A stretch of DNA of 64,000 nt from Epithemia pelagica. Its lineage: Eukaryota; Protista; Bacillariophyta. Location: assembly GCA_946965045.2 (NCBI GenBank), contig OX337239.1, positions 2,480,001-2,544,000 on the forward strand, read 5' to 3'. Below, piece after piece: positions 1 through 8,933 of this stretch. The stretch's first letter is position 1; each line of letters opens with the position of its first letter. The notes under the pieces were generated by a model that saw only the letters and a list, made by a program, of their open reading frames with translations, had not been told where the DNA came from and did not search any database. The position numbers and the translations under genes were made by a program.

Positions 1-519
1 TGGTGGCCTGTCATCCTTCAGGACCGAGGGGGACAGGGGTGGTGTTGCTTCAAGGATCCAAGACACAACCGTGTTGTATGTTGTGTAAAATTCTGCTTTG
101 ATGGGAGGCTTTAGTTTGTGCCAGATACTTCGGCGGAATGGTGGTGGTGAAAGCTGTAGTTTGTGCAGATAAGCTAAGCTATCTTTCCATTGTCTCTCAG
201 TTTCTGGTTGGGAATGTCGGTAGGTTTGTAGGACTAACTGGAGGTTTGTTTTCGTCCTACTATGTTTTTTTGTTACGTGTTGTCTTAGATGCCCTTCCGT
301 AGTGAAGATGGCGGTGGGCGTGTCGCATTTGAGGCATGGATGAAAGCCGTGTTGGTTGCAATATTGGGGTGTGAGGTAGTCTGATGGGTGAGTTTCGCTG
401 TGCTCGGTGATTAGGTGTTCCTTCAGGGAGGCATGGGGGTTGGTTGATGATGAGGGCACTGTCCATGGGCAGTCGGGTACTGGACAGTGTCGGGGGGTTT
501 TTGTCTTTCGTTCACTCAT
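1..519 (-). CDS. ORF2 (5' part, runs off window start) of a non-LTR retrotransposon-like element; N-terminal double C2H2 zinc finger
   Basis: Hand-translated and absent from the ORF track because it has no stop in the window. ATG at 519-517 opens 173 stop-free codons to position 1: MSERKTKTPRHCPVPDCPWT...SLKEHLITEH...HPCLKCDTPTAIFTTEGHLRQHVTKKH...PPPFRRSIWHKL. Finger 2 fits the canonical C-x2-C...F-x5-L-x2-H-x4-H pattern. Confidence 0.85.
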   Translation of the reverse strand, partial: MSERKTKTPRHCPVPDCPWTVPSSSTNPHASLKEHLITEHSETHPSDYLTPQYCNQHGFHPCLKCDTPTAIFTTEGHLRQHVTKKHSRTKTNLQLVLQTYRHSQPETERQWKDSLAYLHKLQLSPPPFRRSIWHKLKPPIKAEFYTTYNTVVSWILEATPPLSPSVLKDDRPP

Positions 520-3500
520 TTGGCCCTTTGGCCCATTTGTCATGCGGGACCACATGGCCGGTGCGCGAGTCGGCGATGTTGGTGTTGCCGGTCTGGACTA
601 AAGACTGGGCAAAGCGCCAAGCATCCTGCGCGTCGGTGTCGTTCGTAAACGATTTGGTATGCTCGAGAAACTCACGCATTTCGTCGATGCGTGAGGGGTT
701 GTTGGCCGCCACATATTTGAATATGAGCTCGATTTCTTGCATGGTGGTGGCTGAAAACTCATGGTCGTCTTGTGCATGGTTGTCTCCGTTGTCGTCGCTT
801 CCGATGAGGGCACGTGAGTGGTCGTCGGACTCTTCCGTGTCCATCATGTCGTCGTTAGCTGTTTGGTCGTCTTGTTGTTCGGCCAACGGGGCGAATTGGT
901 TCCGTTTGGCTGCTGGTTTTCGGTCGTCGACCTCGTTGTTTTGGTTCTGAATGTGGTGGGCTTTCGCTGCCACTGTTGTCCAATCTGTGCCGTCGTTGTA
1001 TGGGTCTTTGTCGTCGTCCTCTGTTGGTTGCATGGCGGCTGCACTCCGTTTGTTTGGCTGGTTGCTTGAATGGTTGTGCCTGTTCGGCGTCTCGGGTCCG
1101 TTGTCCTCTGTCTTGGCAGGTGTTTCGTCGGCTGGTGTGTCGTCTAGGTTGTTGTGTTTGCGCCTGAGAAGACGGTTGGTAAAGGCGACGAGTCGGTTGG
1201 TGTGGCTGGAAGAAGTCGGAGTTGTCGGGTCTTGGTTGTTTGTAGGTTGTCTCGGAGGTGACGCGGTCACGGCCGCCAGGGTGGGGAGAAGGATGTTGGT
1301 CGGGAAGTCTGTGAACTGGCGGATGGTGTTGGTGGTGAGCATGTGTGTGTCAGGGGTCTTGCGCAGGTATAGGGTGTAGTATTGCGCATCTGGGTCCTCG
1401 TTGACGAATTCGCGTAGTTGTCGAAGTTGTTTCCAATCTCCATCGGTCGCTTCCGGGTTGATTGGTTTGAGCTTGATGCGTACGCACGCACTAAAAAATT
1501 GGTCGATGTCCTTGATGGCTTCCAGTGTTGCTGTCCGATTGGGTTGACTGGTTGGCATGGGAATCAGCTGAATGTTGTTTTTGTTCCATTTCATTTCGGA
1601 GTTGCGATTTGCGGCCATGTAGGCGTTGTAGCTTCGAAGCAATGCTTCGAAGTTGTTTCTTGTTGATGCCGTGACGTAGATGGCAGGAACCTGTCCTTTT
1701 TGTTTGTTCTTGAGCTCGCCGCTAAATGTCCCCGTACGGCAGCCGATGTGGTTGAAGAAGTCCATGTAGTGTACTTTCCTAGGGAGATGAGGGGTGAGGG
1801 TGTTCTGGATGTCGGACGTGAGATCCAGTGCCGCCCGGCGATGTTTGATTGTCTGGGCGGGCACGCCGACAATGATTCCGAACGTGTCACTCTTCCTGTT
1901 GTTGCAGGCTGGGTGGTACACGTTGATCTGGTCGAAGCGAGGATTGATTGTCGGGTTCGATTGTTTCGTTCCGGGAGGTAGGACCGTCTGTGAATCGAAT
2001 TCATCGTACACAAAGTCGTCGTTGTGGTGTTTGTGCCACATTTGTAGTACGAATCGGAGTCCTTGTTCGATGAAAATCTCTGAATCGAAAACGTCGTTGG
2101 CAGGTGCTGGTGAGAGGGTTACGTGGAACGTGGAGGTGTGCCCTCCTCCCTTGTGTGACCCGTGTTGGTTGTTGTGGCGAAAAGATCGTGTGCCCGACTG
2201 CTTGGTCTCCAAGAAATCGACCGAATGGACTTGGAGCCACATGGGCTCTTCTCGTTTGCTGTGGTGGAAAAAGACTTCATTGAAATGCGTCTTTAAGGCT
2301 TGTTCGGTGAGCCGTGGGAGAGTTGACTCGACTTGTGGGTTGGGGTGATGGTTGATCGCCACGTGTAGATGAATAAGTGTTTTCGGTTCGGGCGACGGCG
2401 GACGTTTCGTTTCGCCCTTCGGTTGAAGGTACGGGTTGGCCCGTGGTGTTCCTTGGTCGTTGTTGTTCGGTGGGTTTTCGTCGTCCGAGTCGGCGGCGTC
2501 GTTGTGGTTGTTTGTTTTGTTGGTGGTGGGCTGGGTCTCTTTGTTGTTGTGGACGTTGTTCTCCTGTTCCTGTTTGTTGTCCAGGGTTTCGTAATGGTTC
2601 TGGTTGGTTTGGGTGTTTTCGGCGGTGTTGTGGGTGGTGGTGCTCTTGTTCTCGGTGTTGTTTTTGTTGGTTTTTTGGTTTTCTTTGTTTTTGTTGGGGC
2701 GGTCGGGGGTGATGGCGGTGATGTTGTTGGGCAGTTTTGTCGCGACAAGGGGAATCGGGCCGAGGGCCGTCGTGTTGGTTGAACGGTTCGGGCGGCGGCC
2801 TGCAGAGGGCTTGGAGTGGACTTGCATCGTTGGCGGGTGGTGTTTGGTCTGGTTTGCTGGTGCTTCCGGTCTGGGCTTCGGGTGAAAAACGGAGTTTTCA
2901 CTGGTTTTGTGAGAATGCCTGGTCGTTCGGTTTGGTGGTGGCAGGGTCATTTTCATTGCAGCTGTGACCCTTTGCAAGGCTTGTTCCAGTTGCCGGATGA
3001 CTCCTTTTGGTGGCGGCAGGCAGCTGGTCTGGTGCCTGGTGCATGCCCTGCTTGTGTCTGTTTGGTTGGTGGCGGTCGGTTGGGTCATCGACTCTTGTGT
3101 TGTCGTTGCTGGTGTACGAATGCTTTTGCGGGGGAGTGGTTGGTGGCTTTTAGTGTTGTCGGCGTGGCTTGGGTCGTCGTGCCCTGTTTCGTGTCTGTCG
3201 CTTGTTGTTGTTGTGGGCCCGTGGTCTTGCGGAGTCATCGTCTTTTTCGGCCTGGTCATTTGCTCTGTTGGTTTTGTAGTTTGCTGGCTTGTTGGGGGAT
3301 TGGTGTTGCTACTCCGTAGCAGTTGCGCCGTGTTGTTGTGTCCGTTGGGCTCGGTGTTTTTGGCTATCACTGGTTTCTGGGTTGTACCATGGTGACGGGC
3401 GATGAGATGTCGGGGTCGATGGTGTTGATTTGGTTTGTGTTTTCGGAGACCATGGAGGGATTCCATGGTCCATGTTGGGGCCGCCGTGCGTTGTATGTGT

Positions 3501-3625
3501 TTCCAACCGATAGGCGGGGGTGGATCGGTTTTTGGTTGGTGGTTGGGTCGTGCTTCGGCCATGGGAAACGTGTTATTAGCCGGCATGGCCCATGGCGGGT
3601 CCGCGTCCTGCTCCTCTGGCAGCAT
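512..3625 (-). CDS. 1037-aa intronless ORF1 of the same putative retroelement; low-complexity T/N/P/Q termini around an ordered core of about 350 aa
   Basis: Long intronless ORF. Its stop (TGA 514-512) overlaps the ORF2 start (ATGAGTGA). No host-gene motif was recognised. Confidence 0.75.
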   Translation of the reverse strand: MLPEEQDADPPWAMPANNTFPMAEARPNHQPKTDPPPPIGWKHIQRTAAPTWTMESLHGLRKHKPNQHHRPRHLIARHHGTTQKPVIAKNTEPNGHNNTAQLLRSSNTNPPTSQQTTKPTEQMTRPKKTMTPQDHGPTTTTSDRHETGHDDPSHADNTKSHQPLPRKSIRTPATTTQESMTQPTATNQTDTSRACTRHQTSCLPPPKGVIRQLEQALQRVTAAMKMTLPPPNRTTRHSHKTSENSVFHPKPRPEAPANQTKHHPPTMQVHSKPSAGRRPNRSTNTTALGPIPLVATKLPNNITAITPDRPNKNKENQKTNKNNTENKSTTTHNTAENTQTNQNHYETLDNKQEQENNVHNNKETQPTTNKTNNHNDAADSDDENPPNNNDQGTPRANPYLQPKGETKRPPSPEPKTLIHLHVAINHHPNPQVESTLPRLTEQALKTHFNEVFFHHSKREEPMWLQVHSVDFLETKQSGTRSFRHNNQHGSHKGGGHTSTFHVTLSPAPANDVFDSEIFIEQGLRFVLQMWHKHHNDDFVYDEFDSQTVLPPGTKQSNPTINPRFDQINVYHPACNNRKSDTFGIIVGVPAQTIKHRRAALDLTSDIQNTLTPHLPRKVHYMDFFNHIGCRTGTFSGELKNKQKGQVPAIYVTASTRNNFEALLRSYNAYMAANRNSEMKWNKNNIQLIPMPTSQPNRTATLEAIKDIDQFFSACVRIKLKPINPEATDGDWKQLRQLREFVNEDPDAQYYTLYLRKTPDTHMLTTNTIRQFTDFPTNILLPTLAAVTASPPRQPTNNQDPTTPTSSSHTNRLVAFTNRLLRRKHNNLDDTPADETPAKTEDNGPETPNRHNHSSNQPNKRSAAAMQPTEDDDKDPYNDGTDWTTVAAKAHHIQNQNNEVDDRKPAAKRNQFAPLAEQQDDQTANDDMMDTEESDDHSRALIGSDDNGDNHAQDDHEFSATTMQEIELIFKYVAANNPSRIDEMREFLEHTKSFTNDTDAQDAWRFAQSLVQTGNTNIADSRTGHVVPHDKWAKGPNE

Positions 3626-4225
3626 ACCCCTTTTCTTGCGGTGACTGTTCGTGCCGAGGGATCGGATTGCGGCTGTCTTTGGTGTTATCGTCCTCGATGT
3701 ACTTCACTTCACTATTTCGTTTCGAGTAAACGGTGTTCCCAAAAAACAATGACCACATGACCACACAAAAGATTTTGGCTCCTGGACTGTGGGCACGGTC
3801 GGTGTCACACTTTGTGTCACAGATGACACGCAGACGCGCCCATCTTTCTGACTCTGACCCGAACAGTCTCCACGTGGAAGTGAATCGCGCATGTCAGCCG
3901 TATCTAAAGCTCGCGCCTGGTGAGTCACATATCGCTAAACTTTTGCTCATTCATCATCACAAATCACAACATCAAATTGTCGATCTTGAAAGGGAGGGGA
4001 ATCGTTGTTCTTGTGTCTCTTCTGCCTGGGCAAGAGTCTCTGTAGCTTCTCTGTTAGTGAGAGATAAATGAACAAACATCTCTTCATTTCAACTTGCCGT
4101 CTTCTTCGTCTCACAATAATCAAATCTCAGTAAATCAGAATATTTACTTCGTACAACGATTCCATTCTTGCACGTTACAGTGGATCCATTCTTTCCCTGT
4201 CTTTACAATAACAAGTTAAGAAGAA

Positions 4226-5710
4226 ATGCCTGCACGGCAACCATCCGATACACCATCTACAAGATTGTCTTACCATCCAGCCACACCACAACAAAATGCA
4301 AAGACAATCGCCAAACAAGGGCAACCACGTCCTCAAACCCTTCTCGACACGAAACAAGTTGTGTTCCTTTTCCTACAAGCAGCACTCTTGCTTGCCTTGT
4401 CCATGGTTTCCACAACGCATTCTCACATAGGACGAATTACACAACAACAAGAAGAGGGGAACGACAATCGTATCCCTCTCCTGGACTTGTACGAAGAAGA
4501 ACATCGACAACCGTCGTCGTCGACAACGTCGTCCTTGTATACGAGAAACAACATCATTGACACCACCACAACGACAACAAAATCCCACCATACTCCAACC
4601 ACAGCAGAATCATCATCATCTTCTTCTTCTTCTTCTTCTATGAATCGAGAAATTGCCTGGCTCATGAGTTTTCCCAACAGTGGAACCAGTTACACACTTC
4701 ATTTGGTACGAACGGCCAGTCAAACCCAAACGGCTACGAATTATGCCACCAAACGATTGCAACGAAAAATACACCGCCGCCGCCAAGAATCATCCAATGC
4801 TACGACCACTCCTACCAAGAATTCAGCAATTGCCGTCAGTCGTCCCGTCTTGCCTCACACGCAACCCATGGGTCCCTTTTGGGGTGGAGAAGAAGACGAA
4901 TATAGCAACCTGGCCTTGCCGTCACACGTGGCCTTGACCAAGACACATTGTGCCACACCCTGTATATGGTGTGGACCCGACAAATACTTGATCTCCACAC
5001 ATTTTTTTCAAAGTCGGTGTCAACGAGCCGAACGCATTGTCCTTTCCGATTCTCATGACACCACAAAAAACAACAAGAACAACAACACGACAAACAACAC
5101 TCCTAGTACTCTGGTTCCCACCATTGAAAAGGCCGTGTACCCGACTACGCATGTCACCAAGGCGATTCATTTGTTTCGCAATCCCTTGGACAATGTCGTA
5201 TCTCGATTCCGGTACGAACGATCCAATGGTCGAAGCGCCACGGCCTATCCCGATACTCGTGAAGGCTTTCGATCCTATTGCCACACATTGAATCAAGAAT
5301 TTCGATCTCACTACCGTACTCCGGGAATGAGACTTTTACTGGATCCTACCCTCTTGCGTCTCTTGGAACAAGTGCCCTGTTTTTCCGAATTGATTCGGTA
5401 CGTTGAATGGCACAACATGGCCTGGGCAACGCAATGGGATTTGAATTTAGAGACCTTGGTCCTGCATTATAGCGATTATCGTGCTCCGCTGTTTCAATCC
5501 ACGTTGGATCGACTCTTGACATTTTTACAATTGCAACACGTGGGATCACCGGCCGTCTTTGTCGAATCCAAAACCTATGGTCATTACTACACATGGCAGG
5601 AACAAATGGCAGCCTTTGCAGCCATGAAACAAATGTCCTTTCAACATACGTGGGAACAATTGGAGCGGTATGTGCCAACACATGATTCCGTAGAAGAAAC
5701 CATAGAGTAA
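4226..5710 (+). CDS. Type II membrane sulfotransferase (P-loop sulfotransferase family)
   Basis: TM anchor VVFLFLQAALLLALSMVS; 5'-PAPS-binding loop WLMSFPNSGTSYT; LTKTHC; 3'-PAPS motif AIHLFRNPLDNVVSRF. Confidence 0.85.
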   Translation: MPARQPSDTPSTRLSYHPATPQQNAKTIAKQGQPRPQTLLDTKQVVFLFLQAALLLALSMVSTTHSHIGRITQQQEEGNDNRIPLLDLYEEEHRQPSSSTTSSLYTRNNIIDTTTTTTKSHHTPTTAESSSSSSSSSSMNREIAWLMSFPNSGTSYTLHLVRTASQTQTATNYATKRLQRKIHRRRQESSNATTTPTKNSAIAVSRPVLPHTQPMGPFWGGEEDEYSNLALPSHVALTKTHCATPCIWCGPDKYLISTHFFQSRCQRAERIVLSDSHDTTKNNKNNNTTNNTPSTLVPTIEKAVYPTTHVTKAIHLFRNPLDNVVSRFRYERSNGRSATAYPDTREGFRSYCHTLNQEFRSHYRTPGMRLLLDPTLLRLLEQVPCFSELIRYVEWHNMAWATQWDLNLETLVLHYSDYRAPLFQSTLDRLLTFLQLQHVGSPAVFVESKTYGHYYTWQEQMAAFAAMKQMSFQHTWEQLERYVPTHDSVEETIE

Positions 5711-5910
5711 ACGACAACGATGCAACGAATCACTGCATCGATTCAATCGTATTCGCGCGCGCAGTTTTAACACTTGTAGATTGATACAACGGTCCACAAA
5801 TGGCTCTGATCCAAAATTAATTGCGTACCGTGTCAGACTTTCCGGTATCTCCCGACTGTAGCAAGGCGTTTCAGGTGGAAGCTTTTGATTTGTTTCTTGT
5901 CTTTTGATTT

Positions 5911-8340
5911 TTATTTGCGTGATTGAGGCGATGTTGAATGCTTTGTTGTCGTCAAAGTATCCCCATCACCGTCACTCGTAGTGTCGGAGCTATCGGAAGA
6001 CGTCGTTGTTGTCAGTGTGGTTAATTTGGCCGCCATGGCTTGTCGAGCGGCAAACCAGGTGGTAGCCAATGCGAGTGCTGCCGCACTGGTCTGCATGGCA
6101 TGGGTTGTATCGGAGAGTTGTGCCAAGGCTCCAATAGCACTGGCCCCCACCAAGAAGCCCACATCTCCACAGGTCCGCAAGAGGGCAATGGCTTGCGCTC
6201 GTTCACTTTCTTGGACTTGATCGGACATGTAGGCAATGGGTGCTGTACTCAACATGGACGATCCGGCCGCCCAGACTCCCAAAACACTGGCCAATTGCCA
6301 GGTTTGGCCCGGTGTCACCAAGGGTAAGGCCGCCATGGGGATACAAATCAAGGTACATCCGGCGGCAATGGCCGGTGCCTTGCCCACACGGTCAATGAAT
6401 TTGGCAAAGAGGGGATTGCCAACAATTTGAACCACGCTCATCAACATGTAGGACTGACCAACTTCGGAAGCCGTCATGCTTAATTCGTTGGTCATAATGA
6501 GAGGCATGAGCGTCATTTGACCTCCCGCCAAGGCCAACCAGTAAAACCCATTCATGATCAATATACTTTGTACATTGGGTTGACGAAACAAGGGGATCCA
6601 TTGTCCTACGGCGTTGTGGACGGCACCTGACAAGGTGTCTTGAGAAGATGTATTGTTGTTGTTGTTGTTGCTGTTGTTGTTCTCCTTGGCCGTGTCGTCG
6701 GCTTGTGGCTGCTCTGGTTTTGTGGTTTGTCGTCGTCGTTTGGTCCAAGCAAATTGCAAGGGTCGTCGTTGCGTTTCTTCCAGAATGGTTCGATTCAATA
6801 CCGCCACTCCCAAAAAGGACACTCCCACGGCATAAAAGGTGGGATTTAAACCGAGTGAATCCACCATCACTCCCCCCAGAGCCGGTCCCAAGGCGGTTCC
6901 GGCGGCAAAGCCACTCATAATGGGAGCCATGGTGGACGCTCGATTGAGCGGTGTACTCAAATCGGTCACCATGAGTGTGGCGGCTCCGGACAAGAGACTG
7001 ACACCCACACCCGCGACCAAGCGACAGAGAAACAATTCCTCAAAGGACGACGCCCATCCAATGCCCCCCACCGCCAAGGCAATCAAGGTCAAGCCATGGA
7101 CCATGTAGGGTTTCCGACCATGTCGTTCCATGGCAATGGCGGAGGGAATGTTGGCAGCCATTTTGGCCAGGGCAAAGGCGGAGACCACCAAACCGTATTC
7201 GGAAGCCGTCAAGGATAATTGCTCCACGACAAACGGCATGGCGGGTGTAATCACACCGACAGAGGACCCGACCAGTACCATACTCGCGGTAATGGGCCAT
7301 GTTTGTTTGACATTGATTGCTTTGGCATGAGCACGAAGTAAGTTGCAAAAGTCCTCCTTGGACAAAACGGAGGGGCTTGTAGCCGTCTTCCTTGTTTGGT
7401 CCGCCATCAAGGGTTCGGTTGCAGTAGTGTCATTTTGTGCTTTCAATCCCTCGGTTGTTGTTGTGGTTGTTGTTGCATAGTGGGACAAGGTGACGTGCTT
7501 TTGTTGCTGCAACAATGTGTGCCATATTCGGCGACTTTCCATGACACAAAATTCACTTCGCATTCGTTGTGCCTCATCATCCATTTCGTCATGTTCCTCA
7601 TTATTCAAGGTTGGTGTTCCCTCCTGTTCGAGTTCCTGGAGTCGCTGCGAGAAAAAGGCTTGCAAGTGCTGTATATGGATCCGATCCTCCTCCTCCTGTT
7701 CCATGGACGTTAGTGTCGGAGGGTTGGTCTTGTGTTTGGTGTCCGAGTTCATGTCGTCGTCACTCCTGGTGGTATTGTCATCCTGCTCTCGGAAAGAAGT
7801 TTGTCGTCGTATTCTATCAAAGACGGCTTCAAATTCGGAATCGGAAAAGGTTTCCAAGTCAAAGTACCGAAACAAAAGAGGTTTGGACAAGACCGTTGGA
7901 GGAATCGTCGAAACGTTCCTGGATTCCGTTTGAGGAGACGACGACGACAACCGCCTCGTTGCGACTGGAGAGTCGACAATCGGTTCCCGAATGATTCTTG
8001 TTGTGGTTGTTGATGTCGTGTACAAACAGAGTCTGGACCATGAACCATACAAGGCTTGGGGTGATTGTGCATGAGTTCGTCGTCGAGTCCATGCCAAGAT
8101 TTGTGGAGTGTCACAGCCAGCGGTAGTTGGAATGGTCCTTCGTCTGGTCGTCGTGGTGCTTGTCGTCGTCGTTGTCGTCGTCGAGGCAATGGTCCGAATT
8201 CCGAGCCCTTTTGTTACGGGTTGGACTCTGGTTGGTGCGACGAGAAAATCCAAAGGAGGAGGAGGATGAGCATAACGACGACGACGATTCAAAGAACCAA
8301 CGGACGCTCGGACCTGATTCCACCGTAGATACAAACTCAT
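5911..8340 (-). CDS. Major facilitator superfamily transporter (DHA1/TetA-like) with a long N-terminal extension
   Basis: About 12 hydrophobic segments in the C-terminal 470 aa; motif-A-like AMERHGRKP and FIDRVGKAP; GTALGPALGG motif C. First ATG at 8340 (MSLYLRW), followed by an R/T-rich presequence-like region. Confidence 0.9.
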   Translation of the reverse strand: MSLYLRWNQVRASVGSLNRRRRYAHPPPPLDFLVAPTRVQPVTKGLGIRTIASTTTTTTTSTTTTRRRTIPTTAGCDTPQILAWTRRRTHAQSPQALYGSWSRLCLYTTSTTTTRIIREPIVDSPVATRRLSSSSPQTESRNVSTIPPTVLSKPLLFRYFDLETFSDSEFEAVFDRIRRQTSFREQDDNTTRSDDDMNSDTKHKTNPPTLTSMEQEEEDRIHIQHLQAFFSQRLQELEQEGTPTLNNEEHDEMDDEAQRMRSEFCVMESRRIWHTLLQQQKHVTLSHYATTTTTTTEGLKAQNDTTATEPLMADQTRKTATSPSVLSKEDFCNLLRAHAKAINVKQTWPITASMVLVGSSVGVITPAMPFVVEQLSLTASEYGLVVSAFALAKMAANIPSAIAMERHGRKPYMVHGLTLIALAVGGIGWASSFEELFLCRLVAGVGVSLLSGAATLMVTDLSTPLNRASTMAPIMSGFAAGTALGPALGGVMVDSLGLNPTFYAVGVSFLGVAVLNRTILEETQRRPLQFAWTKRRRQTTKPEQPQADDTAKENNNSNNNNNNTSSQDTLSGAVHNAVGQWIPLFRQPNVQSILIMNGFYWLALAGGQMTLMPLIMTNELSMTASEVGQSYMLMSVVQIVGNPLFAKFIDRVGKAPAIAAGCTLICIPMAALPLVTPGQTWQLASVLGVWAAGSSMLSTAPIAYMSDQVQESERAQAIALLRTCGDVGFLVGASAIGALAQLSDTTHAMQTSAAALALATTWFAARQAMAAKLTTLTTTTSSDSSDTTSDGDGDTLTTTKHSTSPQSRK

Positions 8341-8933
8341 AACACAGTAAGGAAGCTTGTTGGATACAATCACTTGGATGGGCAATATGAGCTGTAAGAA
8401 GAGGCAGCGAGATGACAGAAGAATCCAGTATATACCTCTGTCGTCGTCGTCCGAACCACACTGTCTGTATCGTCGGACGGATCTTTGGATGCAGATGTTT
8501 CAGGATGTGACGTTTGTGATTGGCGATTTGTACAGTACTCCTTAGCGAGAGAACATAATTAGTGAATGAAAGAATTCCCGTTGTTTACGTTCCTGTAATC
8601 CCCATGTCCTTCTTCCTCTCAACGACTCTGGGGAGTTGACCTGGCCCGACACTATTTGGACCACCGAAGACCGAAACTATCCACTAGAAAGCTCTCTCAG
8701 CAAAAAGCTTGTTTTTGTTTTCCGTTGCAAGAGCAGGTTTACAGTTCGGCCAAACGAAACGGGAGAGAAACTGTATTGCTAATATTGTTTCTTCCTGATT
8801 GAAACAACTCCCAGTACGGACCAACCCAGTACGGACCAACAAACTACCTAGTAATCTGGAGTACCATGATAACCTTTCCCGTTCGCTCTCTTTCAACAAC
8901 CAGAACCTAGTGGAACTACCACTGGTGGTCATT

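Larger units (their letters stand above)
1..3740 (-). mobile_element. Putative two-ORF non-LTR retrotransposon (CRE/R2-like group inferred); 5' portion only, 5' boundary approximate
   Basis: Tandem overlapping intronless ORF1 and zinc-finger ORF2 is a retroelement layout, and N-terminal C2H2 fingers are typical of RLE-type non-LTR elements. RT and endonuclease domains would lie outside the window and were not seen. Confidence 0.6.

Noticed and set aside
260-466. 68-aa minus-strand ORF from the track
   Set aside because: It is the wrong frame of the real zinc-finger ORF2 (519 to 1).
844-3760. Many 60-200 aa plus- and minus-strand ORFs rich in V/L/C/W
   Set aside because: Shadow ORFs produced by (AAC)/(ACC)-rich codon repeats of ORF1. 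The same applies to most short ORFs overlapping the long genes elsewhere.
8811-8840. 15-bp tandem repeat ccagtacggaccaac x2
   Set aside because: Simple slippage duplication with no further structure.
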